From an uncultured Myxococcales bacterium (GTDB taxonomy: Bacteria; Myxococcota_A; UBA9042; CAIXZC01), in NCBI GenBank assembly GCA_964522395.1, contig CAZFVN010000004.1, positions 12,430 to 76,429 of the forward strand: a stretch of DNA of 64,000 nucleotides, given 5' to 3'. A model generated the notes under the pieces. It did not search any database and was not told the origin of the DNA. It was given only the letters and a program-made list of their open reading frames with translations. This document shows positions 19,145 through 28,400 of the stretch, one piece after another. Both the position numbers and the translations under genes were made by a program. Numbering within the stretch: the stretch's first letter is position 1; each line of letters opens with the position of its first letter.

Positions 19145-21139
19145 ATGACGCGCATATTGGTTATTGCTACGACCCTGGGACTCTTCCTCACACAGACGAC
19201 ATGTGGCAACAAGTTTGACCGTGGCAAGCGGCCGCAGTTGGAGCTGCAGGTAGGAAGCAGCTCCCTCTTCCTGGAACTCGAACCGACAGTGACCAAGGAT
19301 GCTGATGAGACGTGCCCGGAGGCTCACGAGTTGCAGACACCGGAAATCTGCTGTCCTAACGGCCTGATGTCCCTCGACGCTGGGGACCTCTGCTACCAGT
19401 TCAGGGAGTTTCAGCCATCTTTGCAAGGGGAGGGGGCCAAGAGCATGGATGTGGCCATTGACAATTCAGGAAACTCGCCCCTGGTGGTGGAAAACGTTTA
19501 CCTTGAAGATGGCGGCAACCCATACATATCTATCAAGTGGCTTGACGGCTACTATAACCAGTCGTCCTTCCCGGCCACCATTGAGCAGGATCTACAGGTC
19601 TCGCCCCTCAAGTTCCTGATCGTCTATGACCCGGCACCCGGCATCGTAGACGTCTCTCATGCCATGTTGGTCATTGAGACAAACGACCCGACATACGACA
19701 ACAGTACTTTCGATGGCAAGTATCGAATGCTCTTCACCGTCGAGAGCGTGGGGCCGATAACTCAGGTAGACAAGACGAAAGTAACCTACGGCTGCGTTAC
19801 CGGCTGTTCCACTACGCCGATCAAGATCGACAATGCAGGAACCGATGTTTTGACCATTACCTCCATTGACTTTGCGTCGCCAACTTCGGAGTTCTCCATT
19901 ACCAACCCGCCGGCGCTACCCATCGATATTCAGAAGAAGGGCGACCCCACCTACAACGCGGTGACCTTCTCCGTACAGTATTGTCCAGGTGACGATTCCT
20001 GGGAGGACAAGAATTCCCTTCGAATTGGCACCAATGACACATCGCTAACCGGGCAGATCTTGAGCATACCTGTAGAGGTGAACCAGTCCCCAGCAATACT
20101 TGAGTTCAGCAATTCCAGCCCCTTCGGCTACCTTGACTTCTCGGAGGTCAACTCGCACTCGGTGTCCATATACAACACCCCCGCAGCGGATTGCGACCAC
20201 CTTTGCTCCGATACCGGCCATTGCTGTGGTTGTTCCATCCAATTGGAAGACGTGACGTTCGACCCGCCGGACACAGTTGACTGGTACTCGTTTAGCGCGA
20301 TTGACCCTACTACAGAGAATCAGCTTTCCCTCCCCCGCGCCCTCAAGGGCGGAGAGAATATCAAGTTCAACGTCACCTACCAGAAGCCTGCGGGTCACCC
20401 GGAAGACCGTAACTCCGAGATGTGTATCAAATACGTGGCTCCTCTTTCCGGTCCGCAGGACTACTGTGTCTCCATGATCGCGAAGAGCGAATGCCAGTTC
20501 TCAATTGCACCGGCTACCCAGTCGCTCCAATTCAACTCGGCCTCGCCTTCTGAAATCAAAGAGAAGCCGGTGGTGCTGATCAACAACGGCTCAGCCCCCT
20601 GTGTCATCTCGGGAGTGAGCGTCACAAACAAATGGGACTCCGCCTCCGAGGATTATGCGCTGGCAGAGATCTTCACCGGCAACACGGAGATTCCGGCATT
20701 CTCGCTTCTCCCCGTGTGGATAGAATACTCGCCTCACACCGACGACCTCTCTGGAAAGGTCGCAGTGGAATACGAAGACTCCCTGGTTGGACTGGTGGAG
20801 GAATTCGTCCAGTTGTCAGGGTCCAAAGAGCCGCCCTGCGCAATTCCAGTGGCCGATGCCGGCGACGGATATGACGGCTATGCTCCTGGCGATACCGTTG
20901 TCCTCGACGGCTGCGGTTCAACGGAAGGGGAATGTGGAGGACTCATCTATGATAAGGGCTACATCTGGTTCCTGATGGACAAACCCGCTGAGTCCGCGGC
21001 GCAACTCAACACCGAGGGTAGCTGCATCATGCAGTTCATTCCGGATGTGGCTGGTGAGTACGAGGTCGGACTGCTCGTCTACGACCAGGAATTTTACTTC
21101 CAGTCTGACCTTGACACAACCATTATTGCCGTCGAGTAG
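19145..21139 (+). CDS. Putative lipoprotein with degenerate ASH/Ig-like repeats and C-terminal PKD-like domain
   Basis: ATG after AAGGAG and a hydrophobic N-terminus ending TTC. IDNSGNSPL, IDNAGTDVL and LINNGSAPC repeats. PKD-like PVADAG...VVLDG...YIW...KPAES...F.PDVAGEYEVGLLVYD. Confidence 0.75.
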   Translation: MTRILVIATTLGLFLTQTTCGNKFDRGKRPQLELQVGSSSLFLELEPTVTKDADETCPEAHELQTPEICCPNGLMSLDAGDLCYQFREFQPSLQGEGAKSMDVAIDNSGNSPLVVENVYLEDGGNPYISIKWLDGYYNQSSFPATIEQDLQVSPLKFLIVYDPAPGIVDVSHAMLVIETNDPTYDNSTFDGKYRMLFTVESVGPITQVDKTKVTYGCVTGCSTTPIKIDNAGTDVLTITSIDFASPTSEFSITNPPALPIDIQKKGDPTYNAVTFSVQYCPGDDSWEDKNSLRIGTNDTSLTGQILSIPVEVNQSPAILEFSNSSPFGYLDFSEVNSHSVSIYNTPAADCDHLCSDTGHCCGCSIQLEDVTFDPPDTVDWYSFSAIDPTTENQLSLPRALKGGENIKFNVTYQKPAGHPEDRNSEMCIKYVAPLSGPQDYCVSMIAKSECQFSIAPATQSLQFNSASPSEIKEKPVVLINNGSAPCVISGVSVTNKWDSASEDYALAEIFTGNTEIPAFSLLPVWIEYSPHTDDLSGKVAVEYEDSLVGLVEEFVQLSGSKEPPCAIPVADAGDGYDGYAPGDTVVLDGCGSTEGECGGLIYDKGYIWFLMDKPAESAAQLNTEGSCIMQFIPDVAGEYEVGLLVYDQEFYFQSDLDTTIIAVE

Positions 21140-21234
21140 AAGACGCCTGAGCGGCTTCCTGACTCGGTCAGGGAATACAATTCCCTTGACACCGTTACCT
21201 TCCTGGGGTAAATCGCTGAGTGGTTTTTCGACCC

Positions 21235-21311
21235 GGTGAGGTGGCTCAGGTGGTTAGAGCGGAGGTCTCATAAACCTCAGGTCGGGGGTTCAAGTCCCCC
21301 CCTCACCACCA
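21235..21311 (+). tRNA. tRNA with CAT anticodon, most likely elongator tRNA-Met (Ile2 not excluded)
   Basis: Acceptor stem GGTGAGG/CCTCACC, D arm GCTC..GAGC, anticodon stem GAGGT/ACCTC with loop CTCATAA, T loop GTTCAAG and encoded CCA. The G1-C72 pair excludes initiator tRNA. Confidence 0.95.
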
Positions 21312-21344
21312 ACTCATTTCTCCCCTGTGACCAGCGACGGAGTC

Positions 21345-22403
21345 ATGAACGCTACAGTCTGGTGGTCTAAATTCCGGTCGTTATCTGCCGCCCGCAAGAC
21401 GGTTCGGGGAGGGGTTCGTGCGTTGCGGCGGGTTGATGACGCGCGACGTTCATCCGACGCCATGAAGCGACTCGAAAAGACGGTCGCCGACCTTGAGGCC
21501 ACGGTGGCCAAGAAGCCGCGCGACTACCGCTCCCTGGAACGATTGACGGCAGGTGTCGTTACCCAGCTTCAAACCGCAAAACTCTATCGCGAAACGGCCC
21601 CGGTAGTCTGGCTCGCCTGGTTTCTGCCCGGCATCGCCGCAAAAGCCTCCAAGAGCGTACTACGTCAGTACCTCGAGTCTATCGGCTGGGCAGTTGGGAT
21701 TGCCCTCCTCATCCGCTTCTTTCTCTTTGAGCCCTTCAAGATTCCCACCGGGTCCATGATCCCGACCTTGCAAATTGGTGACCATATCTTCGTCTCAAAG
21801 TCGGCCTATGGTATCAAGATTCCATTTAGCGACGACTACCTCGTGCGCTGGGAAGACCCGGTTCGTGGCGACATCGTCGTCTTCCCTTTTCCGGTCAAAG
21901 GCCATGTGGACTACGGCAAGGACTTCATCAAGCGTGTAATCGGTTTACCGGGTGACACCGTTCGACTACAGGACAACATCCTCCTGGTGAACGACGAACC
22001 GGTGGAAACTGTTATCCAGGATGGTCGCCCAGACTGCGGCGGTACCCCGGGCTCGCGCCCCTGTGAGAAGTGCGTGTTGCAGGAGGAGTCGGTTGGCGAA
22101 CTCACATACCTGACACAGCACTGCCCTCCAGATGCGCTGCAACATCCAGAGTGGCCTCGCACTTTGCCTTCTTCCCCTCCCCAGGATTTCGTCGTCCCTG
22201 ATGGTCGCGTCTTTGTAATGGGCGACAACCGGGACAACTCTGCCGATGGTCGCTTCTGGACTGCTGATCCCCTGGACCAATTCACCCCTCAGTATCGCCC
22301 GGACCCCGATGTTCAGTCGGTACCCATCGCCGCTCTGAAGGGGCGAGCAGTTCTGATCTGGTGGGCCCAGGATAAGAGCCGTCTCTTCTCAGTCATCAAG
22401 TAG
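21345..22403 (+). CDS. lepB: Signal peptidase I (start uncertain, GTG at 21327 also possible)
   Basis: [24 protein letters not shown] (catalytic Ser), [12 protein letters not shown] (catalytic Lys) and [16 protein letters not shown]. Confidence 0.92.
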   Translation: MNATVWWSKFRSLSAARKTVRGGVRALRRVDDARRSSDAMKRLEKTVADLEATVAKKPRDYRSLERLTAGVVTQLQTAKLYRETAPVVWLAWFLPGIAAKASKSVLRQYLESIGWAVGIALLIRFFLFEPFKIPTGSMIPTLQIGDHIFVSKSAYGIKIPFSDDYLVRWEDPVRGDIVVFPFPVKGHVDYGKDFIKRVIGLPGDTVRLQDNILLVNDEPVETVIQDGRPDCGGTPGSRPCEKCVLQEESVGELTYLTQHCPPDALQHPEWPRTLPSSPPQDFVVPDGRVFVMGDNRDNSADGRFWTADPLDQFTPQYRPDPDVQSVPIAALKGRAVLIWWAQDKSRLFSVIK

Positions 22404-22411
22404 GATTCCCA

Positions 22412-22825
22412 GTGAGCCGCTACCGCAACCCCGTTCCCACAGTGGACATTATCATCGAACTGAGCGACAACCGGATTGTCATTATCGAAAGGAAGAATCC
22501 CCCCTTCGGTTGGGCGCTACCCGGGGGATTTGTTGACTACGGCGAGACGCTCGAAGACGCCGCCAGGCGTGAAGCGATGGAGGAGACTGGGCTGAAAGTG
22601 GAATTGGTGCGCCAGCTTCACACCTACTCCGAGCCCTCCAGAGACCCTCGCCAGCATACCATTTCGACAGTATTTGTCGCCCGCGCAGACGGTGACCCAG
22701 TGGCCGGAGACGATGCAGCAAACGCGCTCGCCTGCCATCGAGACAAGCTTCCTGCCACCATGGCCTTCGATCATCGTCGTATCCTGGCTGACTTCCTCGA
22801 GGGCGTCTACGAAGGGTCGTTCTAG
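22412..22825 (+). CDS. NUDIX hydrolase
   Basis: Nudix box [23 protein letters not shown] and RDPRQH. Confidence 0.92.
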   Translation: MSRYRNPVPTVDIIIELSDNRIVIIERKNPPFGWALPGGFVDYGETLEDAARREAMEETGLKVELVRQLHTYSEPSRDPRQHTISTVFVARADGDPVAGDDAANALACHRDKLPATMAFDHRRILADFLEGVYEGSF

Positions 22826-22894
22826 CTGGCAATTGTATTGAAATAGCAGTATATTGGGCCCTCAATTATCGCATCCCGCTGTATGAGGTAATGG

Positions 22895-23479
22895 ATGGAC
22901 GAAGGACGCCTCACATCCGCCGAGCGAACTGACTTGCTGGCGCTGGCGCGTAGAACTCTTCACGAACGTTTGGACTACCCGCCGCCCAGCACCGCGGAAC
23001 CGACTAAGGGACCGGGCCTGCAAGAAGAGCGAGGGGCTTTCGTAACACTGACTCTGGCAGGCAATCTGCGGGGCTGCATTGGCACCTTTCGAGCGGAATC
23101 TCCGCTCTGGCAGGTGGTGCAAACCATGGTCGTCTCCGCGGCCCTCCATGACCCTCGCTTTCCTCCGGTCCGGGCTCAAGAACTTGACGCTATCGAAATT
23201 GAGATCTCGGCGTTAACGCCGCTTCGGGTGATCACCGACATGGACAAGATCGAAGTTGGAATCCACGGTCTATACGTCACCCGTGGAAATGAAAGTGGCG
23301 TCTTGCTGCCTCAGGTGGCCGTAGAATATGGGTGGGACCGCACCGAGTTTCTACAACAGACATGCCGCAAAGCTGGCCTGCCGTCGGGAGCCTGGCAGGA
23401 GGGAGCAACCATAGAAGTATTCAGCGCAGAAGTCTTTTCGGAATCTGCACCTGACGGGGGCAAGGTGTCATGCGCATGA
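22895..23479 (+). CDS. amrA: AmmeMemoRadiSam system protein A (AMMECR1 family)
   Basis: GAFVTL...LRGCIG, DPRFPPV, GVLLPQVA and TCRKAGL motifs. Confidence 0.9.
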   Translation: MDEGRLTSAERTDLLALARRTLHERLDYPPPSTAEPTKGPGLQEERGAFVTLTLAGNLRGCIGTFRAESPLWQVVQTMVVSAALHDPRFPPVRAQELDAIEIEISALTPLRVITDMDKIEVGIHGLYVTRGNESGVLLPQVAVEYGWDRTEFLQQTCRKAGLPSGAWQEGATIEVFSAEVFSESAPDGGKVSCA

Positions 23480-23943
23480 TTCGCCAATGGGTACTGATGT
23501 TGGTGGTGGGAGTGGCAGCGGCCTGCTCCGACACGACGGACGTCTCCGGACTCTGGGAGATGCCTGAGAACTCCTCAATGGTGCAAATCAATCAACTTGA
23601 CGCACCTTTTACCGGCCGCGTAAAAATCGCAATCGACCAGTTTGGATGGGATATTTCTGGGATCGTCCTCTTCTATCGCGACGACATCTACTATGACCTC
23701 GATTCCTGCCATTACGTGGTCGACGGTGAAGTAAGGGGAGATAGTTTCCTCTTCTCACTGGAACTGGAGAACGAACAACGACTATTAGGGAAGTTGGAGT
23801 ACTCGGAACATAACGGGGATGACCTGCTCACCGGCCAATTGGTCGACCCGGATGGCGTGAAGCCATCCCTCGAGATTATCCTCAAGCGCGTCGGTGGCGA
23901 TGCGAAGGTACATCGGGAAGAATGGGACCTCGGCTGTCAGTAG
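23470..23943 (+). CDS. Hypothetical lipoprotein
   Basis: Lipobox VAAAC, SGLW motif, beta-rich sequence, and overlap with both neighbouring genes. Confidence 0.65.
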   Translation: MRMIRQWVLMLVVGVAAACSDTTDVSGLWEMPENSSMVQINQLDAPFTGRVKIAIDQFGWDISGIVLFYRDDIYYDLDSCHYVVDGEVRGDSFLFSLELENEQRLLGKLEYSEHNGDDLLTGQLVDPDGVKPSLEIILKRVGGDAKVHREEWDLGCQ

Positions 23944-25367
23944 TTATGGCCGCTCTCATCGCGGCAATGGTTGGTGGTAGTGACGTTTGCTCCGCCCAGA
24001 AAATACCGCTGCGCCGTTCCCGAAGGGTAGCAATCTGGCCGGTCCAACACCTAGACGCACCCTGCGCTCAACTCTTCTCTTCCGGATCTCGAAGCACGTC
24101 GCAACGACGATTTGTCGGGCGGGTCTTGCGGACGGCCCTGAAGCAGTCCTTCGACGTCAAGGTCAAGTCCGCTCACGATCTGCGCCGGGGAGTCACAGGT
24201 ACCAGCAACTACAAGGACCATGTCGTTCTTGGGAGAGAGCGTTATCACATGGGTCATGAGTACTACCGTGACCTGCGCCAGCCGGAAGCCGCTGAAAGCC
24301 TGACCCGGTCAATCGAAATGCTGGACGGTATATACTATGATTCCGTGGAGCCTCAGGCGTTCTCAGAGATTCTCTTTCTGCTTGGAATTACGTTGATAGA
24401 GGAGGGCCGAGCGGCAGAAGCTCATCAAGCCTTCAAGCGAGCACTCTTCCTCTCTCCCACGACAACTTTCAGCCCCGGCTTCCATCCAGCACCGGTGGAG
24501 CAGGCCCTCAGCGTGGCCTGCGAAGACCTGCAGAAATCGCTGGAGAAGGAAGTCCCGTTGGGCACCCAGGAGCGGACCTTTGCGTTTATGCGAAAGCAGA
24601 AACTGGACGTCCTCTTTTACCCGTTGGTCGTGCTGGAAGATCAGGAATACGTCCTTCGTCTCATAGCCTGGGATGGCAAAGCCAAAAGCGTAGTCCTGCG
24701 AGAGCGTATTGCCCTGGATGATGAAGGTGATGCGAGTATGGCCATTGACCGGGCAGTTTCTCGTTGGGCTGCCTGTACGCCCTATGAAGACGTGCCGCGT
24801 CGGGTGGAAGAGAGGAACCAGTGGGTCTTCTCCGCCAACTATCAGCATCTTCTCTTCCTCCAACAGCCGCTGCGCAATCCCCTCTTCATGATGGGTTTCT
24901 CTTTTGATGGGGCTCACTTCTTCAAGCGCTCCTTTGCAATCCTCGTCAAGGCACAGTTCCTCTCATCGCTGCCGGACGAATTCGAAGACCTGGTGGACGG
25001 TTTCACCTCCGCTCGCCTCACCATTGGGCCTGCCTTTAGCATCTCTGGGAACTGGTGGCGGCTATTCATGGCACCAAGCATGGAATTCCACTATATGGGA
25101 TCCTTCAGCGTCACCAGAGATCCCAATTGCAAGCACTACCTGGATGACTCCCCGGGGTCAGACCTCTGTGTGCCCGGTGCCGTCAAGGAGTATCCAGAGG
25201 ACTTCCTGGCTGGTATCAACGTCTATATAGGGGCACAGTTCTTCGTCGCAGAAGAGATGTTCCTGAGTGCAGGGGCCTCCATTTCTACCTACTTCGCCCC
25301 CTTTGACCGTACCTTCGAGATGAATTTCCCGGTTGCAGTGGAAGCAGGCGGCGGAGTTGCTTTCTAA
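23922..25367 (+). CDS. Hypothetical outer-membrane protein with TPR-like helices and C-terminal beta-barrel
   Basis: TPR-like LFLLGITLIEEGRAAEAHQAFKRALFLSP, amphipathic beta-strands in the C-terminal half, and terminal GGGVAF. Confidence 0.6.
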   Translation: MGPRLSVVMAALIAAMVGGSDVCSAQKIPLRRSRRVAIWPVQHLDAPCAQLFSSGSRSTSQRRFVGRVLRTALKQSFDVKVKSAHDLRRGVTGTSNYKDHVVLGRERYHMGHEYYRDLRQPEAAESLTRSIEMLDGIYYDSVEPQAFSEILFLLGITLIEEGRAAEAHQAFKRALFLSPTTTFSPGFHPAPVEQALSVACEDLQKSLEKEVPLGTQERTFAFMRKQKLDVLFYPLVVLEDQEYVLRLIAWDGKAKSVVLRERIALDDEGDASMAIDRAVSRWAACTPYEDVPRRVEERNQWVFSANYQHLLFLQQPLRNPLFMMGFSFDGAHFFKRSFAILVKAQFLSSLPDEFEDLVDGFTSARLTIGPAFSISGNWWRLFMAPSMEFHYMGSFSVTRDPNCKHYLDDSPGSDLCVPGAVKEYPEDFLAGINVYIGAQFFVAEEMFLSAGASISTYFAPFDRTFEMNFPVAVEAGGGVAF

Positions 25368-25464
25368 ACCCTGAACAAGTCCAAAGCGCGGCAGTGATTG
25401 GATATTGGCTCGCGGGCGCTGTTGTTCTATACTACGAGACCAAACCCAGACCCACGAGGGGTTC

Positions 25465-26862
25465 ATGCGATTGCAACTGTTCCTACTATCACTGCTACTC
25501 ATCTCCGGACTGATGACGGCATGCAACAAGCCCGCGCCGCGGATACCACTCCACACCGTGGGCACCTTCGAAGTCGTAGGCAACCAACCATATACTCGTA
25601 CCGGCTACGATCTGGTTCCGGGACGCTACTATATGTTCTACCATCGCGCCGGCACGGTCTGCGTCCAACAGGACAGAAGCTGCTCTCCCCCACGGGGCAA
25701 GGACATTCCCGGTGAAGAAGCATGGGGACTGAAACTGAAAGTGGGTAGCGAGTACTTGCAGATTCGGGACCGCCTGATCCTGTCGGTTCAGGAGACTACG
25801 CCACTGGACTTCTACCTCCCGGAAGGGGACGAGTTGGAATACAGTGAAGCCAAGTTGCCATACTACGAAGACAATACCGGTTCCTGGACCATTGAAGTAA
25901 CTGCGTTTCAGGAGGCGCCAGAGGTGGAGTTCTGGCAAGGGGCCAACATCACTTCCTATGCCTCTGAGGGCTATTGCGGCACCAAACCCGGGGCTACCAT
26001 GCGCCGACTTGTAGCGCTCGGTGCCAACGCGGTGCAGTTCGTGGTCGTCTATGAAACCAACTCAAAGTACGTCTACCCTGTCACCTATTCTCCACGTGCC
26101 TATTGTATTGTTCAGGCCACCAACGAGGCTAAGGAGCTGGGGCTGAAAGTTGGCTGGAATCTCCACGTTGATCCACCCGATAATGGGTGGCGCGGTGCGA
26201 TTGAGCCCGAAGATCGAGATACCTTCTTCGCATCCTATAGAGAGTTCGCCACCTACTACGCCGCACTTGCCCAGGAACATGGCGTCGACTTTCTCATTCC
26301 AGCCACCGAGATGGTCTCAACGATGAAGACCAAAGAGGATCGGGACCGCTGGCTCTCAATCTTTGCCGACCTTCACGGTACCTTCTTTGGACTGATCTTC
26401 TATGCCGCAGACCGCGTTGAATACACCGAACTCGACTCGAGCTTCTGGCATAGCTGCTGTGACCTTGTAGGCATGACACCCTGGTATACCCTGACGGAAA
26501 AACCGGTGCCGCAGGCAGACGAGCTGGAGGCTGCCTGGAAGCCTATTGCGACGAATATGGACCGCTTCGTCAATGCGGTTAAGATGCGAATGGTCCTGGT
26601 GGAAGGACCTGGATACCGGTCACTGGAATCATGCGCCACTGAACCTGCCGACTATCTTGTCAACAAGAAGCCCAGCGACCTCTGTCAGGTAGAATCCTAC
26701 AAAGCCTTCCTGCGGACCTTCACACCAGCCCGCAGAAAAACCATCGCTGGCTACTTCATTTGGGAAATCAACCTGGACGATGAGGACCTCAGCAACTACT
26801 CTCCCCTGGACTCCATCTCGGAGAGCATTCTGAAGCTGGCCTGGAAAGGCAAGCGACCATAA
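25465..26862 (+). CDS. Lipoprotein with glycoside hydrolase family 113-like TIM barrel
   Basis: Lipobox LMTAC. GH113-like segments LGANAV, AKELGLKV, WRGAI, FFASYREF..YYAALAQ..GVD...ATE and VEGPGYRS. Confidence 0.7.
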   Translation: MRLQLFLLSLLLISGLMTACNKPAPRIPLHTVGTFEVVGNQPYTRTGYDLVPGRYYMFYHRAGTVCVQQDRSCSPPRGKDIPGEEAWGLKLKVGSEYLQIRDRLILSVQETTPLDFYLPEGDELEYSEAKLPYYEDNTGSWTIEVTAFQEAPEVEFWQGANITSYASEGYCGTKPGATMRRLVALGANAVQFVVVYETNSKYVYPVTYSPRAYCIVQATNEAKELGLKVGWNLHVDPPDNGWRGAIEPEDRDTFFASYREFATYYAALAQEHGVDFLIPATEMVSTMKTKEDRDRWLSIFADLHGTFFGLIFYAADRVEYTELDSSFWHSCCDLVGMTPWYTLTEKPVPQADELEAAWKPIATNMDRFVNAVKMRMVLVEGPGYRSLESCATEPADYLVNKKPSDLCQVESYKAFLRTFTPARRKTIAGYFIWEINLDDEDLSNYSPLDSISESILKLAWKGKRP

Positions 26863-26878
26863 TCCCCGCAGGAGAATT

Positions 26879-28375
26879 GTGACCCCCCCTACCACCAAGA
26901 CAGCCTCTCAAGCCGGCCGCGGCGTGCTCTGGCTGAGCATGGCCAAGATCTACTTCATGGGCACCGGTTTCTTGCTCGTCGTCTTCCTTCCGAAGCTCTT
27001 CGAACAACTAAGCGGAGACACTACTGGAGAACTATACGGTCGCTATCGAGTGGTGATTGGACTCATCAATCTTCTCAACATGATCCTCATCGGCGGCACA
27101 ATTCAGGCTGTCTCCAAGTTCATCTCAGAGCGAGAGACAAGGGCCCACTCAGTGAAGTGGCAAACCCTTAAGATCCAAACCGTTGTTGGCGGAAGTCTGA
27201 GTCTGGCCCTCTTTTTTGGGGCCGATGCCATCGCCACGCATCTCTATCAGCAACCATCACTGGCGTTCTATCTTAGACTTGCCAGTCCCATCGTCCTGCT
27301 CTACAGCTACTACGCGGTGATCATCGGTAGCCTCAACGGGTTGAAGCGGTTCTTTCAACAGGCTCTGATGGACATTCTCTTCGCCAGCGGCAAAGTCGGA
27401 CTCACCATCGCTTTTGTCGTCGCTGGATACGCGATTGCAGGGGCTATCGGTGGCTTCCTAGTCACCGCTGCGGTAATGCTTACGGTGTCCACCCTGGTGC
27501 TAGGACGGCTGGGGAAGGGTGAGCCTTTTCCGTGGCGCGCCATCTGGCGATTCGAATGGAAGACACTGTTTTTCGCTTTCTTTCTCAACGGTCTGCTCCA
27601 AGTCGATCTCCAACTTCTTATGGCACTTGCCCCAACTTCCCTCGGGACTCCCGAGTCCCAGGCCGGAGTCTATGGGCTCGCCCTTCAGTTGGGCCAGCTA
27701 CCCTACGTTGCCACCATCGCCGTGGCGTTCGTAGTCTTCCCACTGATCTCCCGAGCGACGTTTGAAGCCGATGCAGCCCGAACGAAACAGTATGTTTCAA
27801 CTACCAACCGTTATGTTTATCTATTCCTCGCCGGCCTGGTGGTAACCTTCGCTAGCGAAGCGGCAGGGATCATGTCGCTCCCCTTCTTTCCGCAGGTCTA
27901 CGCTGCCGGCTCACAGATGTTTGCCATTCTGTCGGTCGGATACTTGTTCTTTGCGATGGTAGTGGTGAGCGCCAACATCTTCACCGGTAGCGGCAGTCCC
28001 GTGACTTCGGCGCTCCTCTTCGCCGGAATGCTGGCACTCTCTGCATCACTCAACTTCGTGCTAATCCCTCTCTACGGTGGCACGGGAGCGGCCATCGCCA
28101 GCTCGATTGCCATGGCTGTCGGGTGCGTCGCAGCCGGATTGCTCTCCTACCACCGTTTCCGGACCTTCCTCGCCCCACTCTCCTTTCTACGTGGGTTGGG
28201 AGCAGTCCTGGTAGTCGCGCTCTTCGCTCATTATCTGGAGCCAGAAGGCACCGGCGTCTTCTGGGTGCTATTGCGACTGACCGGTAAATTCATGTTATAC
28301 TGTGGAGTGCTTATCGTCTTGCGCGAACTTACCCGCGCAGATCTCAGGCAGGTGCTGGCTCTTCGTCGCGCCTGA
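26879..28375 (+). CDS. Wzx/MurJ-like oligosaccharide flippase (MOP superfamily)
   Basis: Many transmembrane segments, YGRYRVV, AGVYGLA and LNFVLIPLYGGTGAAIA. Confidence 0.8.
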   Translation: MTPPTTKTASQAGRGVLWLSMAKIYFMGTGFLLVVFLPKLFEQLSGDTTGELYGRYRVVIGLINLLNMILIGGTIQAVSKFISERETRAHSVKWQTLKIQTVVGGSLSLALFFGADAIATHLYQQPSLAFYLRLASPIVLLYSYYAVIIGSLNGLKRFFQQALMDILFASGKVGLTIAFVVAGYAIAGAIGGFLVTAAVMLTVSTLVLGRLGKGEPFPWRAIWRFEWKTLFFAFFLNGLLQVDLQLLMALAPTSLGTPESQAGVYGLALQLGQLPYVATIAVAFVVFPLISRATFEADAARTKQYVSTTNRYVYLFLAGLVVTFASEAAGIMSLPFFPQVYAAGSQMFAILSVGYLFFAMVVVSANIFTGSGSPVTSALLFAGMLALSASLNFVLIPLYGGTGAAIASSIAMAVGCVAAGLLSYHRFRTFLAPLSFLRGLGAVLVVALFAHYLEPEGTGVFWVLLRLTGKFMLYCGVLIVLRELTRADLRQVLALRRA

Positions 28376-28400
28376 TTGGGTTTGGGGAAGGAGAGGGCCG

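Noticed and set aside
21235-21311. tRNA as integration site of a genomic island or prophage
   Set aside because: No integrase and no duplicated tRNA 3' end were noticed, and housekeeping lepB follows immediately.
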